Assembly: GCA_013044245.1 (NCBI GenBank)
Contig: JABEVK010000066.1
Span: 1-56,881, forward strand
Source: Spirochaetales bacterium
GTDB lineage: Bacteria; Spirochaetota; Spirochaetia; JABEVK01
Direction of reading: 5' to 3'
DNA: 56,881 nucleotides
How positions within the stretch are numbered: position 1 is the stretch's first letter; each line of letters opens with the position of its first letter. Below the pieces are notes generated by a model. That model had not been told where the DNA came from and did not search any database. It worked only from the letters and a program-made list of their open reading frames with translations. The position numbers were made by a program, and so were the translations under genes. This document shows positions 38,082-47,494 of the stretch, one piece after another.

Positions 38082-38700
38082 CGTCGTAAGTCGTTCCGTT
38101 GTAGGCTATCGTTCCTGAAATAGAACCTTTTGTGACTGATTGACCACCAAACGGTCCTGTTGACGTCGCATTAACGGTCATATCAGGGGCCACGGTGCCA
38201 TTATCAACGCCAACCGACGTCAATGATCCTTTATATGTCATGTCCAGGCCCACCGTCAATGTATTCGCCGTTGAAGTAGAACTAATCGTCACTGTTTCAG
38301 AACCAGCAATCGTAATAGTTCCATTGATCGTGTCACCCGTAGACGCGTCAGAATAATTTACAAACGTGGCAGTAACGTCAATTGTCACTGTTTGGTTGTT
38401 GTTGCTGATTACGTAAGTTCCACTGATTGTGACACCGGCTAGACTAGTGTTGTTGTTAATGACACCGCTAGTAGCATTTGATGTAGCTGGGTTAGGAACA
38501 GAGCTTAACGCCTGATTTGCAGCTGCCGAGACGTCGGCTAGTACCTTTTTAACCGACGTCTGAGTAGCGGCGCTGGCCGATGTCAGCGGGGTATAGGTGG
38601 GCGTTGACGTTGTCGAGCTAGCCGTGGGATTTTGACAGCCCACAAGCAAAACAAGCAATAGCGTAACTGTTGCGCCAATTGCTATGTGTTTTTGTAACAT
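38065..38700 (-). CDS. Thr/Ser-rich lipoprotein
   Basis: SD AAGGAG; lipobox LVGC; C-terminus GTIAYNGTTYDDSQTL. Confidence 0.8.
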   Translation of the reverse strand: MLQKHIAIGATVTLLLVLLVGCQNPTASSTTSTPTYTPLTSASAATQTSVKKVLADVSAAANQALSSVPNPATSNATSGVINNNTSLAGVTISGTYVISNNNQTVTIDVTATFVNYSDASTGDTINGTITIAGSETVTISSTSTANTLTVGLDMTYKGSLTSVGVDNGTVAPDMTVNATSTGPFGGQSVTKGSISGTIAYNGTTYDDSQTL

Positions 38701-38716
38701 AATCACTCCTTTTGTT

Positions 38717-38747
38717 CATTGTAAAGGAGTACTGTTGAAACCGTCAA
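38717..38747 (-). promoter_or_regulatory. internal sigma70 promoter for the lipoprotein at 38700
   Basis: Minus strand TTGACG-18 nt-TACAAT. Confidence 0.6.
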
Positions 38748-38773
38748 CCCTGGACATAATTATCCAGGGTTGA
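38744..38773. terminator. 11-bp-stem hairpin, probable terminator or processing site
   Basis: TCAACCCTGGA-CATAATTA-TCCAGGGTTGA; weak U-tail on the minus strand. Confidence 0.6.
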
Positions 38774-38792
38774 GTAAAAATTTCTATAGTTT

Positions 38793-39917
38793 TTAGAGCA
38801 AATTGGCCGATTGGTAACTATTGCCGTTAGCCGTTGTCAGATCGGTTCCATAGGTTTTCACCCAAGTGGCACCGTTTCCATTGTCAAACACAACGGTTTG
38901 GCCCTGCGAAAACGCAGTGTCAGTATAGGTGTCTTGAAAGACCACGTTCCCAGTACCGTCAAACCCTTCTTGCCAATAGTAGTTGGTTGCTGTACCACCG
39001 CTCGGTGTCATAGTGATTGATGTGTTGGTTACCCCGCCGTTGTTGTCGGCATAGCCATAAATTCCATAAGTCGCAGTATCGGTACCGGCGATGTTGAAGC
39101 TCATACTGGCAAAGACGCCGTTTAAGGTCGATTTAGGATCCGGAACAACGCTCATCTGCATGGAATCCGTGTTGCCTGTCACCGTTTGATCGGGCATGCT
39201 CACCTTAAAGGAAGTAGAATTATCAGCACCGTCAGCCACCAGTTCAAGCGTCGTTCCCGACATCGTCATGGACATTTTTATCGCCTGAGTTGACCAACTA
39301 AAGGTCATCGACATCGACGATGCTGCCGCAGTACTGGTTGCTGGCTGTGTAACCGTAATAACGGCCGAGTTTGGTAAGCTTGCAGCAGAGTTTGTTGCCA
39401 AATAATTGAAATCGTTAATCGTGATTGGTTGCCCGACCATGCCGGCTTCATTCGAAGTGGAATCTGAGGCAGGTAACTGCTCAGCTAAAGCGTTGATCAT
39501 GGCTTGCGTGGGGGTTACGACAACATTTTTGGTGTCCGTTCCGGGCTTAAGGTTGTTTTGACTGATCGCCGCATCGACTACCGATTCAAACATCAAAAGT
39601 ACGGGCTGAATCGTGGACATCAGGCCCGTCATGTTCTTAATTTGCTGGTAACCTTCAGATTGAGCGGCAACGGTAGTTGTGCGCGCGCCAGCTAAAGAAG
39701 CCGCGGTTGAGGAAGAGGTCAACGACGTAGGCAACTTTACAGTCGAGGTGTTCGGTAAAACCTGATTCTTATAAACGGTCGTTGTCGGAGTTGGGGTCGG
39801 TGTGGGGGTTGGCGTCACCGAGGTTGTCGTCGAACTCGTGCTTGAGGTCGGCTGGGAACACGAACTAAACACCAGGGTCAAACCCAAAGCTAGCCCTAAA
39901 AGAACAGAAATTTTCAT
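38793..39917 (-). CDS. Thr/Ser-rich lipoprotein with a (PT)n linker
   Basis: SD AAGGAG, MKISVLLGLALGLTLVFSSC lipobox, VTPTPTPTPTPTTT tether. Confidence 0.8.
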   Translation of the reverse strand: MKISVLLGLALGLTLVFSSCSQPTSSTSSTTTSVTPTPTPTPTPTTTVYKNQVLPNTSTVKLPTSLTSSSTAASLAGARTTTVAAQSEGYQQIKNMTGLMSTIQPVLLMFESVVDAAISQNNLKPGTDTKNVVVTPTQAMINALAEQLPASDSTSNEAGMVGQPITINDFNYLATNSAASLPNSAVITVTQPATSTAAASSMSMTFSWSTQAIKMSMTMSGTTLELVADGADNSTSFKVSMPDQTVTGNTDSMQMSVVPDPKSTLNGVFASMSFNIAGTDTATYGIYGYADNNGGVTNTSITMTPSGGTATNYYWQEGFDGTGNVVFQDTYTDTAFSQGQTVVFDNGNGATWVKTYGTDLTTANGNSYQSANLL

Positions 39918-40025
39918 AGCTTTCTCCTTTGTGAGCAAGTTACTAAGAAATTGCTCAAAAGAAGAATATCACAGTTTTTTTAATAAACAAGTAAACCGCT
40001 CAGAATTCTCTACTACTCTTATTTT

Positions 40026-40688
40026 TTACCAATCGATGACCGGCTTTCCTTGAGCTGTCAGGTACGCATTGGCTCGGCTGAACGGGTGAGAACCAAAAAA
40101 CCCTCGGTAGGCGGACAACGGCGACGGATGTGCACTTCGAATGATCAAGTGCCGCGTTTCGTCTAAAAACGACCCTTTTCGTTGAGCGTACGCCCCCCAT
40201 AAAATGAACACGACGCCACTTTTTTCGGTACCGAGAAGCTTTAACACGGCATCCGTAAACGTTTCCCACCCTCGCCCGGCATGGCTAGTTGGTTGTCCAG
40301 AACGAACAGTCAGCGTCGAGTTGAGAAGCAACACGCCCTGCTGGGCCCATGATTCCAACGAAGAATCCGTATGCGGCTCCCGCCCTAAGTCGGTACGCAA
40401 TTCTCGAAAGATATTGACCAACGATGGCGGAAGATCCACACCGGGAAAGACTGAAAAGCAAAGTCCATTGGCTTGGCCGACGCCGTGGTACGGGTCCTGC
40501 CCTAAAATCACGACGCGCACCTGAGGAAACGGACAAAGATCAAAAGCGCGAAAAATTCGTCCCCCTGTGGGGTAAACGGTTGTGCCTTTATATTCCTGAC
40601 GGACAAATTCTGTTAATTCACAAAAATACGGTTGCGCAAACTCGCCCGATAATTTTTGCTTCCAAGAATCTTCAATGCGAACATCCAT
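40026..40688 (-). CDS. ung: uracil-DNA glycosylase
   Basis: GQDPYH, PPSLVNI, GVLLLN, HPSPLS. Confidence 0.97.
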   Translation of the reverse strand: MDVRIEDSWKQKLSGEFAQPYFCELTEFVRQEYKGTTVYPTGGRIFRAFDLCPFPQVRVVILGQDPYHGVGQANGLCFSVFPGVDLPPSLVNIFRELRTDLGREPHTDSSLESWAQQGVLLLNSTLTVRSGQPTSHAGRGWETFTDAVLKLLGTEKSGVVFILWGAYAQRKGSFLDETRHLIIRSAHPSPLSAYRGFFGSHPFSRANAYLTAQGKPVIDW

Positions 40689-40769
40689 GCTTTCATTAGA
40701 TGCCGACAGGCAGGGGTGCTCGTCAACAGGGGTCTCGGAAATTCTTACCAAATCCAGTACCTTAGAGTC

Positions 40770-41579
40770 ATGATCAAACTCATCGCTATCGATTTAGACG
40801 ATACCCTTTTACGGACCGACCTGACAATTTCCCATAAAAACCGCGCCGCTCTGCGTGCCGCCGAAGAAAAAGGTGTGCGCCTGGTGCTAGCTTCGGGACG
40901 GTCGTTGCCCTCGATGAAGAATTATGCCCACCAATTGGGCTTGCACGATAAGCCGGGCTACCTGATTTCGGACAACGGTTCCACCGTTTCGTCCACCTCC
41001 CCTTTTCAGGTTCTGGTGTCACACACCCTCGAAAAGCCTCTTTTAGACGAATTATTTGACGCCTTTGCTGAGCTTGGCCTGCCAGTGCAAGTTTACCAAG
41101 ACAAGACGATCCTGGTTACCTCCGAGAACAAGATTACTTCGGTAGACGTTAAGTTGTCCGGCTATGAACGCCAAATCGTTCCCGATTTAAAACAGAGTTT
41201 AACCTTTCGACCGGCAAAACTGGTGATACCCGGCGACCCCGAACTTCTTAAAACTGCTCTTGTACGCATTCGTAAGGTTTTTGGCACGCGGGTGAATAGT
41301 TTTATCTCTAAACCCTATTTTCTAGAGGTCTTGCCGTTGGCCGCGGACAAAGGAACAGCGTTAGCTTTTGTGGCCCAACAGGCCGGTCTTAACCGAGAAA
41401 ACATAATGGCCATCGGTGATGCGGCCAATGATTTAGGGATGATCAAGTTCGCCGGTTGGGGCGTCGCCATGGCCAACGCCATTCCCGAGGTCAAAGCCAT
41501 CGCCCGGATAATCAGTGCCGCTGATCATGAGGACGATGGTGTTGCCGAAATTCTTGAACGATATGTGTTGTCGAATTAA
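40770..41579 (+). CDS. Cof-type HAD-IIB hydrolase
   Basis: IDLDDTLL, ASGR, DKG.AL, GDAANDLGM, AMANA, DGVA. Confidence 0.93.
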   Translation: MIKLIAIDLDDTLLRTDLTISHKNRAALRAAEEKGVRLVLASGRSLPSMKNYAHQLGLHDKPGYLISDNGSTVSSTSPFQVLVSHTLEKPLLDELFDAFAELGLPVQVYQDKTILVTSENKITSVDVKLSGYERQIVPDLKQSLTFRPAKLVIPGDPELLKTALVRIRKVFGTRVNSFISKPYFLEVLPLAADKGTALAFVAQQAGLNRENIMAIGDAANDLGMIKFAGWGVAMANAIPEVKAIARIISAADHEDDGVAEILERYVLSN

Positions 41580-42260
41580 TTATACTTTATCGACGTAGCT
41601 GACACGGACCTGCTTGATCAGGCCATCACCCTCGCTTTCGGTGGTGATATCTTTCATATCATTGAGGGCGGTGTGAATCAAACGGCGTTCAAACGGGTTC
41701 ATGGGTTCGAGCAATTTCGAGGTGCGAGTGCGCCGAACCTGCTGCGCTGTTCGCAGAGCTAAGTTGACCAAATGGTCCTCTCGGCGGTTGCGATAGTTTT
41801 CGGCATCCAAGACCACTTTGAGGTGAGTACCTTTCCCGTCCAACAGGTTCATGGCATACACATTTGCTAAAACTTGAAGCGAATCCAGGTTTTTGCCGTG
41901 TTTCCCAATCAATAAGTTGGCATCTTCGCTGAGCAGATCCAGAATGATCTTGTTTCGCTCTCGGCCAGTCAGGCTAACGCGAGCTAAAAAACCCATCTTT
42001 TTGATCATCGTTTCAACAAAAACCGTGACTTTGCGCTCGAGCTCAGGGTTTGGTTCGTAAGGCAGACTTTCTTCGTCTTCTTCTAAAGCCGGCTCGGAGT
42101 CGTGGGTATAAACCCGGATCCGCACCCCACCTTTTTTAAAAAGTCCCTTTCGTCCGGAATCGAGGATTTCAACATCAAACTCGCTTTCGTGAAGGCCCAA
42201 TTCCGCCATCGCTTTGGCAATGGCTTCATTTTCGGTTTTTGCTTCAAATTCGTGAGTCAT
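41580..42260 (-). CDS. jag: Jag/EloR (KhpB) RNA-binding protein
   Basis: Jag_N, KH (LIGKHGKNLDSLQ), R3H (MNPFERRLIH). Confidence 0.95.
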   Translation of the reverse strand: MTHEFEAKTENEAIAKAMAELGLHESEFDVEILDSGRKGLFKKGGVRIRVYTHDSEPALEEDEESLPYEPNPELERKVTVFVETMIKKMGFLARVSLTGRERNKIILDLLSEDANLLIGKHGKNLDSLQVLANVYAMNLLDGKGTHLKVVLDAENYRNRREDHLVNLALRTAQQVRRTRTSKLLEPMNPFERRLIHTALNDMKDITTESEGDGLIKQVRVSYVDKV

Positions 42261-42263
42261 TCT

Positions 42264-44018
42264 CTACCTCCGCACTTTTTTCGAAGACGGCGCGATCTTG
42301 GGACCAGCCGCAGTTACCGGTTTCTTAAAATGTTTATTGACATAAGCCTGTTGAAACACGGTTAAAATATTTTGAACGCACCAGTATACCATCAAACCTG
42401 AGGGCATTTCATAAAGCATAAAGAAGAAGAGGATGGGGATACCGAAGGTCATGATCTTCATCTGGGTGTTGCCCTGAGCCCCACCAGGCTGACTTAATGA
42501 CGAGCTAAGGATCTGTGTACCCACCATGATAAAGGGTAAGGCGTGCAAGGCCGTCCAGTTGAGGAGCGGCAAGGGGAAGCCCCAGCTAAAGACAACATCA
42601 GGAACCGAAAGGTCCGGAATCCAACCGGGGATAAACATGGCCCCGCGCAAGTCAAACTGATTTTGGAACATCCCGTACAGGGCAAAGAAGATGGGGATCT
42701 GCAAGATCATCGGCAGACAGCCGCCCATGGGGTTGACGCCTTCTTTTTGGTAAAGCGCCATCGTTTGTTCGTTAAGTTTTTTTGGGTCATCCTTGAACTT
42801 AGCCTGCAATTCTTTCAGCTTTGGCTGTAGGGCCTGCATGGCAGCACTGGCTCGATAGCTCTTTTGGGTTAAAGGCCAAGTCAGCAGTTTGACCAAAATT
42901 GTCAACAGAATAATGGCCACACCCCAGTTCGGGATTAAGTAAACAATGCCTTGAAGAACAAATTTCAGAATAACCTCAAGCCAGCCCAGCAAAAAGTTGT
43001 CTTCGAGCGCCCGTTCCAGCTTCAGATCCGAGAAACCTTCCGGGTTATTCTTTGCCTCGTCATACATTTTAAGGACTTTTTCTTCTTTCGGTCCTACATA
43101 GAAATGGAAAACATCTTTATTGGTCGAACTTTGCAGTTGGGGACGGGAAAAGGCCAACCGGTCAACCTGAGTGTCTCCCTGTTCTGGTTTGTCCGAGAAT
43201 GTCGTTTCATACTGAGTACCATCGGGAATACCAATCACGGTAAAGTACTTGCCGACAATAGCCGCCCATTTTGCATCGTCGTGAAAAGACTTGGTTTCGT
43301 TAGTAAACGTTTCATCCTTACGGTCATTGCCCACGAGACGATAGAATTTCCGATAATCGGCGGACCCATCGAGTTTAGTAAACGACGGCCCAATCTGAGG
43401 GCCATAGGTCAAGGTGTACGCATACTTTCCGTTCGAAAGATCTGGGATCGTTCCGTTAGAACTTTGGGTTTCAACATCAACTTCGATCATGTAATCGTTG
43501 TTATGAAAGGTGAACGTTTTCGATAAGGTAAAGGGTACGCCTTTGACATCCAAAAAGTTCTGTGAGAAGCGAACTTTATGCGGTCCCAGCTGTTCCACTT
43601 GAAAAGGGACCTGAATATTTGGTTTTCCCCAACCGCCAAAATTAGTCTCAAAAGCATCGCCCGTTCCCCATTTGGTGGCAACCATCTGAACGGGTTTGCT
43701 GTTATCCAGGTGTTTTTTTAACTCGATCGACGTTGCCACGGCACCGACATTCGACAAAGTCACCTGCATCAGGTTGGTACTGATGACCACGTTTTGCGGT
43801 GTTGCAGGCAGGGTCGTCAACACAGGGGCTTTTCCGTTTGCGGGCACCGTCGGAGCCAGGGACGGCGCAAGTTGAGCGGTACTGGCTGGTTGTTCTGTTT
43901 TTGTCAGAGGCGGTAAGGGGGCTTCCGGTTTTTTAGGCCAAAAGACGTTTTGAATCAAAAAACTGCCGAGCACCACGACGATCGATAAAACAATCGCCAA
44001 GATGGTGTTTTTTTCCAT
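42264..44018 (-). CDS. yidC: membrane protein insertase YidC
   Basis: NWGVAIILLTILVK, NPMGGCLPMILQIPIFFALY, WIPDLS, PSGLMVYW. Confidence 0.96.
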   Translation of the reverse strand: MEKNTILAIVLSIVVVLGSFLIQNVFWPKKPEAPLPPLTKTEQPASTAQLAPSLAPTVPANGKAPVLTTLPATPQNVVISTNLMQVTLSNVGAVATSIELKKHLDNSKPVQMVATKWGTGDAFETNFGGWGKPNIQVPFQVEQLGPHKVRFSQNFLDVKGVPFTLSKTFTFHNNDYMIEVDVETQSSNGTIPDLSNGKYAYTLTYGPQIGPSFTKLDGSADYRKFYRLVGNDRKDETFTNETKSFHDDAKWAAIVGKYFTVIGIPDGTQYETTFSDKPEQGDTQVDRLAFSRPQLQSSTNKDVFHFYVGPKEEKVLKMYDEAKNNPEGFSDLKLERALEDNFLLGWLEVILKFVLQGIVYLIPNWGVAIILLTILVKLLTWPLTQKSYRASAAMQALQPKLKELQAKFKDDPKKLNEQTMALYQKEGVNPMGGCLPMILQIPIFFALYGMFQNQFDLRGAMFIPGWIPDLSVPDVVFSWGFPLPLLNWTALHALPFIMVGTQILSSSLSQPGGAQGNTQMKIMTFGIPILFFFMLYEMPSGLMVYWCVQNILTVFQQAYVNKHFKKPVTAAGPKIAPSSKKVRR

Positions 44019-44029
44019 AAAGACTCCTT

Positions 44030-44227
44030 TCAGGGTACGGGATCATAACCCCCCGGCGAACCGGGGTGACATCTCAGAATACGTCGGATAGCTAAAATAC
44101 CGCCGCGCCAGGCGCCGTACTTTTTCACTGCTTCTAAACCATACGACGAACATGTCGGCGTATAGCGGCAAGAAGGGGGAAAAAGTCCAGAAAACCCATA
44201 TTTGTAGACCAGAATAAGTCCCCGCAA
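44030..44227 (-). CDS. yidD: membrane protein insertion efficiency factor YidD (start uncertain)
   Basis: [18 protein letters not shown]...GGYDPVP. TTG 44227 chosen; the frame is open upstream into rnpA. Confidence 0.88.
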   Translation of the reverse strand: MRGLILVYKYGFSGLFPPSCRYTPTCSSYGLEAVKKYGAWRGGILAIRRILRCHPGSPGGYDPVP

Positions 44228-44255
44228 GGGCCACGATAAAAGCTTCGAGACCCAA

Positions 44256-44597
44256 TTAGGCTTCCAACCCGGCTTTTGCCAGGAGCTGAAGGACTTGTCT
44301 TTCTCTGTCCCAGTAGGAAAACTTTCCGGGGTAAACGAGGATAACAATGTCGTGACCCGGGCGGATTTCTTCTTTATGAAGACGAAAGATTTCCCGGATT
44401 TGTCTTTTGGCGCGATTTCTTTGAACTGCATTACCGAATTTCTTGGACAAGCCGACACCAAGTCTCGACCTCTCCAGGGAATTCGCCGAAGCGGCTAGCT
44501 TCGCTCCCTGGCAACTGGCGCGCAGGGGCGAAGTAAACGCCCGCTGAAAGTCCTGTTTTCGTTTTAGCCTTTCTTGGTTAGTAAGGCTTTTTCTCAT
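44256..44597 (-). CDS. rnpA: ribonuclease P protein component
   Basis: [34 protein letters not shown]. Confidence 0.96.
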   Translation of the reverse strand: MRKSLTNQERLKRKQDFQRAFTSPLRASCQGAKLAASANSLERSRLGVGLSKKFGNAVQRNRAKRQIREIFRLHKEEIRPGHDIVILVYPGKFSYWDRERQVLQLLAKAGLEA

Positions 44598-44733
44598 CGG
44601 AAACAGTCAGCTTTTTGCGGCCTTTAGCGCGGCGGCGAGCCAACACCATGCGGCCTCCCCGTGTTGCCATGCGGGCCCGGAAACCGAATTTGCGGGTTCT
44701 TTTAACACGGCTGGGTTGGTAAGTTCGCTTCAC
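44578..44733 (-). CDS. rpmH: 50S ribosomal protein L34 (below the ORF-track cutoff)
   Basis: GTG 44733 after SD GAGGAG; [51 protein letters not shown]. Confidence 0.97.
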   Translation of the reverse strand: MKRTYQPSRVKRTRKFGFRARMATRGGRMVLARRRAKGRKKLTVSDEKKPY

Positions 44734-44760
44734 AATAACACTCCTCAAAAAAAGAAAAAA

Positions 44761-44832
44761 TCGGGATGACTGGATTTGAACCAGCGACCCTCACGTCCCG
44801 AACGTGATGCGCTACCCCTGCGCTACATCCCG
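44761..44832 (-). tRNA. tRNA-Pro(CGG)
   Basis: CGGGATG...CATCCCGA acceptor stem; TCACG-TTCGGGA-CGTGA anticodon arm; GGTTCAAATCC; CCA not encoded. Confidence 0.95.
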
Positions 44833-44882
44833 AAATTTAGCCTAGGTAGAATATCGGTTTTTTTTATCTTTGCCAAGTGCAT

Positions 44883-45317
44883 TCACTCACGATGCAGTTT
44901 TATAAGATCTTCGAGTTTTTTTAAAAGCTCTTGGCGATTCTTTTCTTCTTCGGCAGAAATTGGTTCGGGGATAATTTTTGTTTTGGGTGCTTCCGAAGGA
45001 GCCGGTAGGTCCCCATAGCGAAACTTTAACCCTGTTATTTTCAATTCAGGGACACGACGCCGTAAACTTGCCAACAATGGTGCCTCATAGAGCAACAGAA
45101 GCTGTAGCCAAGCGGGATGATCGGCGGTGATCGTCACAACGCTATTTTTCCACTCCTCGATTCGGCAATGGCGCGCGGGGTGACGTTTGGCCAAGGCGGG
45201 AACATCCAACAAAACAGACTCCCAGCGGCTCACGAGGTGAAAAGACTCTTCGCCGGTAGGCCCAGTCTTTTGCGAAATAAAAGATTCCAGGTATGCTTTG
45301 AGCCTTTGTTCATCCAT
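44883..45317 (-). CDS. dciA: DciA/DUF721 family helicase-loading protein
   Basis: W..., ITADHPAWLQLL, I..LKFR; position after recF. Confidence 0.8.
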   Translation of the reverse strand: MDEQRLKAYLESFISQKTGPTGEESFHLVSRWESVLLDVPALAKRHPARHCRIEEWKNSVVTITADHPAWLQLLLLYEAPLLASLRRRVPELKITGLKFRYGDLPAPSEAPKTKIIPEPISAEEEKNRQELLKKLEDLIKLHRE

Positions 45318-46380
45318 CTTTTTCGAACCTACCGTTCTTAACTTTAAGAATCAAGGGTTCGAGACTGCTACTAGGGTGCTCCTCGGGCAAATACGTGAAA
45401 AACGCTTGTTCGGCACTTGGTAACTGCTTCAAAAACCGCTGTCTCTTTTCCCCGTCAAGCTCTAACAGAACGTCGTCAAACAAAAGTAAAGGCAATTTGC
45501 CTGATTTTCGGGCCGAAAACCGAGCTTGCGCCGTACGGAGCAGCAGCGAAACGAGACGCACCTGACCAGTAGAAGCCGCCTGGGCAAAGTCACGACCTTC
45601 GAGGGTGAACACATACCGATCCCGGTGCGGGCCCGTGGTGGTATACCCGGTTTCGCGTTCTTTGGTCCGAGATTGTTCCAACTGTTGGACCAAGTCTTCA
45701 TGTGAACCCCTCCACGAAGGCCGGTAACGAATTTCAAGTTTTTCTAAGCCTGATACCGTTGAAAACAGCTCGGGAAAAACCTCGTTGAACTCTTCGATCA
45801 ATTGCTGACGCGCCTCAACGAGATCTAAACCCTTGCGGATCAACTGTTCTTCCCAAACGGGTAGAGCCCCTCCGGGGTCCGAGCTGAGCAAAAGGTTCCG
45901 TGTTTTAAGGAGCTTTCGATATTGTCGCAAGTTATCGATGTAGGATGCGTCAAATAGCGACAAAGTTTGATCAAAAAAGAAACGCTGATGATCGGGGGTA
46001 CCTTGAACAAATAGGTAATCTTCGTGCGTAAACGCCACACAGGGCATTTCACGAACCATGTCTTTGCGGTCGCGCACCGGCTCGCGGTCCCATAAAAAAG
46101 ATTTTCCTTCTTCGGTAACTTTCAACCCTGCGGTATGAGTTTCACCGTCGCGCAAAAATTCCGCTTGAAGACTAAAGTGCGGCGAACCCCATCGACACAA
46201 TTGCCCATCGATTTTGGTACGAAACGACGAACCGTAGCAAAGAAGGTAAAGGGCTTCGAGAAAATTGGTCTTCCCTTGACCGTTTTGCCCCACCAAAAAA
46301 ATTTCCCTGGCTTTACCCAGGGAAATTTCCTCATCTTGAAGATTACGAAACTGGAAAAACCGTATCCGGGTAAACCCCAT
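45310..46380 (-). CDS. recF: DNA replication/repair protein RecF
   Basis: FRNL, GQNGQGKTNFLEA, TGPHRD, STGQ, LLFDDVLLELD. Confidence 0.96.
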   Translation of the reverse strand: MGFTRIRFFQFRNLQDEEISLGKAREIFLVGQNGQGKTNFLEALYLLCYGSSFRTKIDGQLCRWGSPHFSLQAEFLRDGETHTAGLKVTEEGKSFLWDREPVRDRKDMVREMPCVAFTHEDYLFVQGTPDHQRFFFDQTLSLFDASYIDNLRQYRKLLKTRNLLLSSDPGGALPVWEEQLIRKGLDLVEARQQLIEEFNEVFPELFSTVSGLEKLEIRYRPSWRGSHEDLVQQLEQSRTKERETGYTTTGPHRDRYVFTLEGRDFAQAASTGQVRLVSLLLRTAQARFSARKSGKLPLLLFDDVLLELDGEKRQRFLKQLPSAEQAFFTYLPEEHPSSSLEPLILKVKNGRFEKDG

Positions 46381-47480
46381 TAGTCCATCTGCATGGGCAT
46401 AACGATATGAAAAAAGTCCCTGGCCGGTTCGGGGCGCAACGTCATAGCGCGTTTAGAATCGGTGAATTCCAATGCCATTCGCTCGGAACCTAAGACGCGT
46501 AAAGGGTCAAGTAAAAAGTTGTAGTTGACCGCAATGGTGGTTTGCTCTCCTGTAAAATCGCAGGGTATTTCTTCTTTAGCCATACCCAGTTCACTTTCTT
46601 CCGTGTTCACCATCAAGTTACCGTCGCCCACGGTGATAAAAACTCTTTTCGCTTTTTGTTCCGAGAGCAGTGAAACACGCTTGAGGGCTTCGCTAAATTC
46701 TTCACGCTTAAGACCAATCGTAAAGTTTTGACTTTCGGGTATGACACGGGAATAATTGGGAAATTGACCATCAATGAGGTTCGACGAAATTTTTTGATTA
46801 TCAAACCGAACAAAAAGCTGTTTGTCTCCGACCGATAGGCTCATGACGCCCTGTCCAGAAGCCAGCTTTCGGATCAAATTCATCGTTTTTGGAGGAACGA
46901 TGATACCGGGAAACTCAGGGATTCCGTTGGCAGGCTTTTCGATATACGAAAGTCTTCGACCGTCGGTAGCGACCATAACCACTTTATCGCCTTTGCGTTC
47001 CAAGTAAATCCCGTTCATAAAGTAACGAGTTTCATCGTCAGAAACCGAAAAAATTGTTTGACTGATCATTTCAAGAACTTCAGCTTGTGGTAGGTCAAAC
47101 CATACAGCGTTTTCCGGGTCTTTAATTTCGGGAAACTTATCGCTCGAGGCGCTTTTGAGTTGAAAATCGATAGTCGTTCCTACCGGTTTGATAAAAAGTT
47201 TGCCGTCACGAACTTCAAAGCTGATCTCTCGATCGGGTAAGGATCGAAGAATACCTAAAAGTTTTTCACAGTAGACGGTGGTTACTCCGTCTTGTTCGGC
47301 TGCTACCGGCAAACGAGTTTCAAAGGCTACTTTCAGGTCAGTGGCTTTGATGGTCAAAAAGCCATCTTTTACCTCAAGAAGAACATTGCTGAGGATCGAC
47401 ATGGCGTTCTTGACAGAAATAATTTCCTGGGCAATCGAAACTTCTTTGAGCAGAACGTTGCGTTCCAAGGCAAACTTCAT
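46380..47480 (-). CDS. dnaN: DNA polymerase III beta clamp
   Basis: ILSNVLL, ATDL, DETRYFMNG, VATDGRRL, LIDGQFPNY, VMPM. Confidence 0.97.
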   Translation of the reverse strand: MKFALERNVLLKEVSIAQEIISVKNAMSILSNVLLEVKDGFLTIKATDLKVAFETRLPVAAEQDGVTTVYCEKLLGILRSLPDREISFEVRDGKLFIKPVGTTIDFQLKSASSDKFPEIKDPENAVWFDLPQAEVLEMISQTIFSVSDDETRYFMNGIYLERKGDKVVMVATDGRRLSYIEKPANGIPEFPGIIVPPKTMNLIRKLASGQGVMSLSVGDKQLFVRFDNQKISSNLIDGQFPNYSRVIPESQNFTIGLKREEFSEALKRVSLLSEQKAKRVFITVGDGNLMVNTEESELGMAKEEIPCDFTGEQTTIAVNYNFLLDPLRVLGSERMALEFTDSKRAMTLRPEPARDFFHIVMPMQMD

Positions 47481-47494
47481 AGAAAGGCTCCTTC

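Noticed and set aside
38744-38773. Hairpin as an IS200/IS605 end or MITE
   Set aside because: Single copy, with no transposase, TnpB/IscB or target duplication nearby.
44761-44832. tRNA-Pro as an integration site
   Set aside because: No duplicated tRNA 3' end and no integrase seen; both flanks are core genes.
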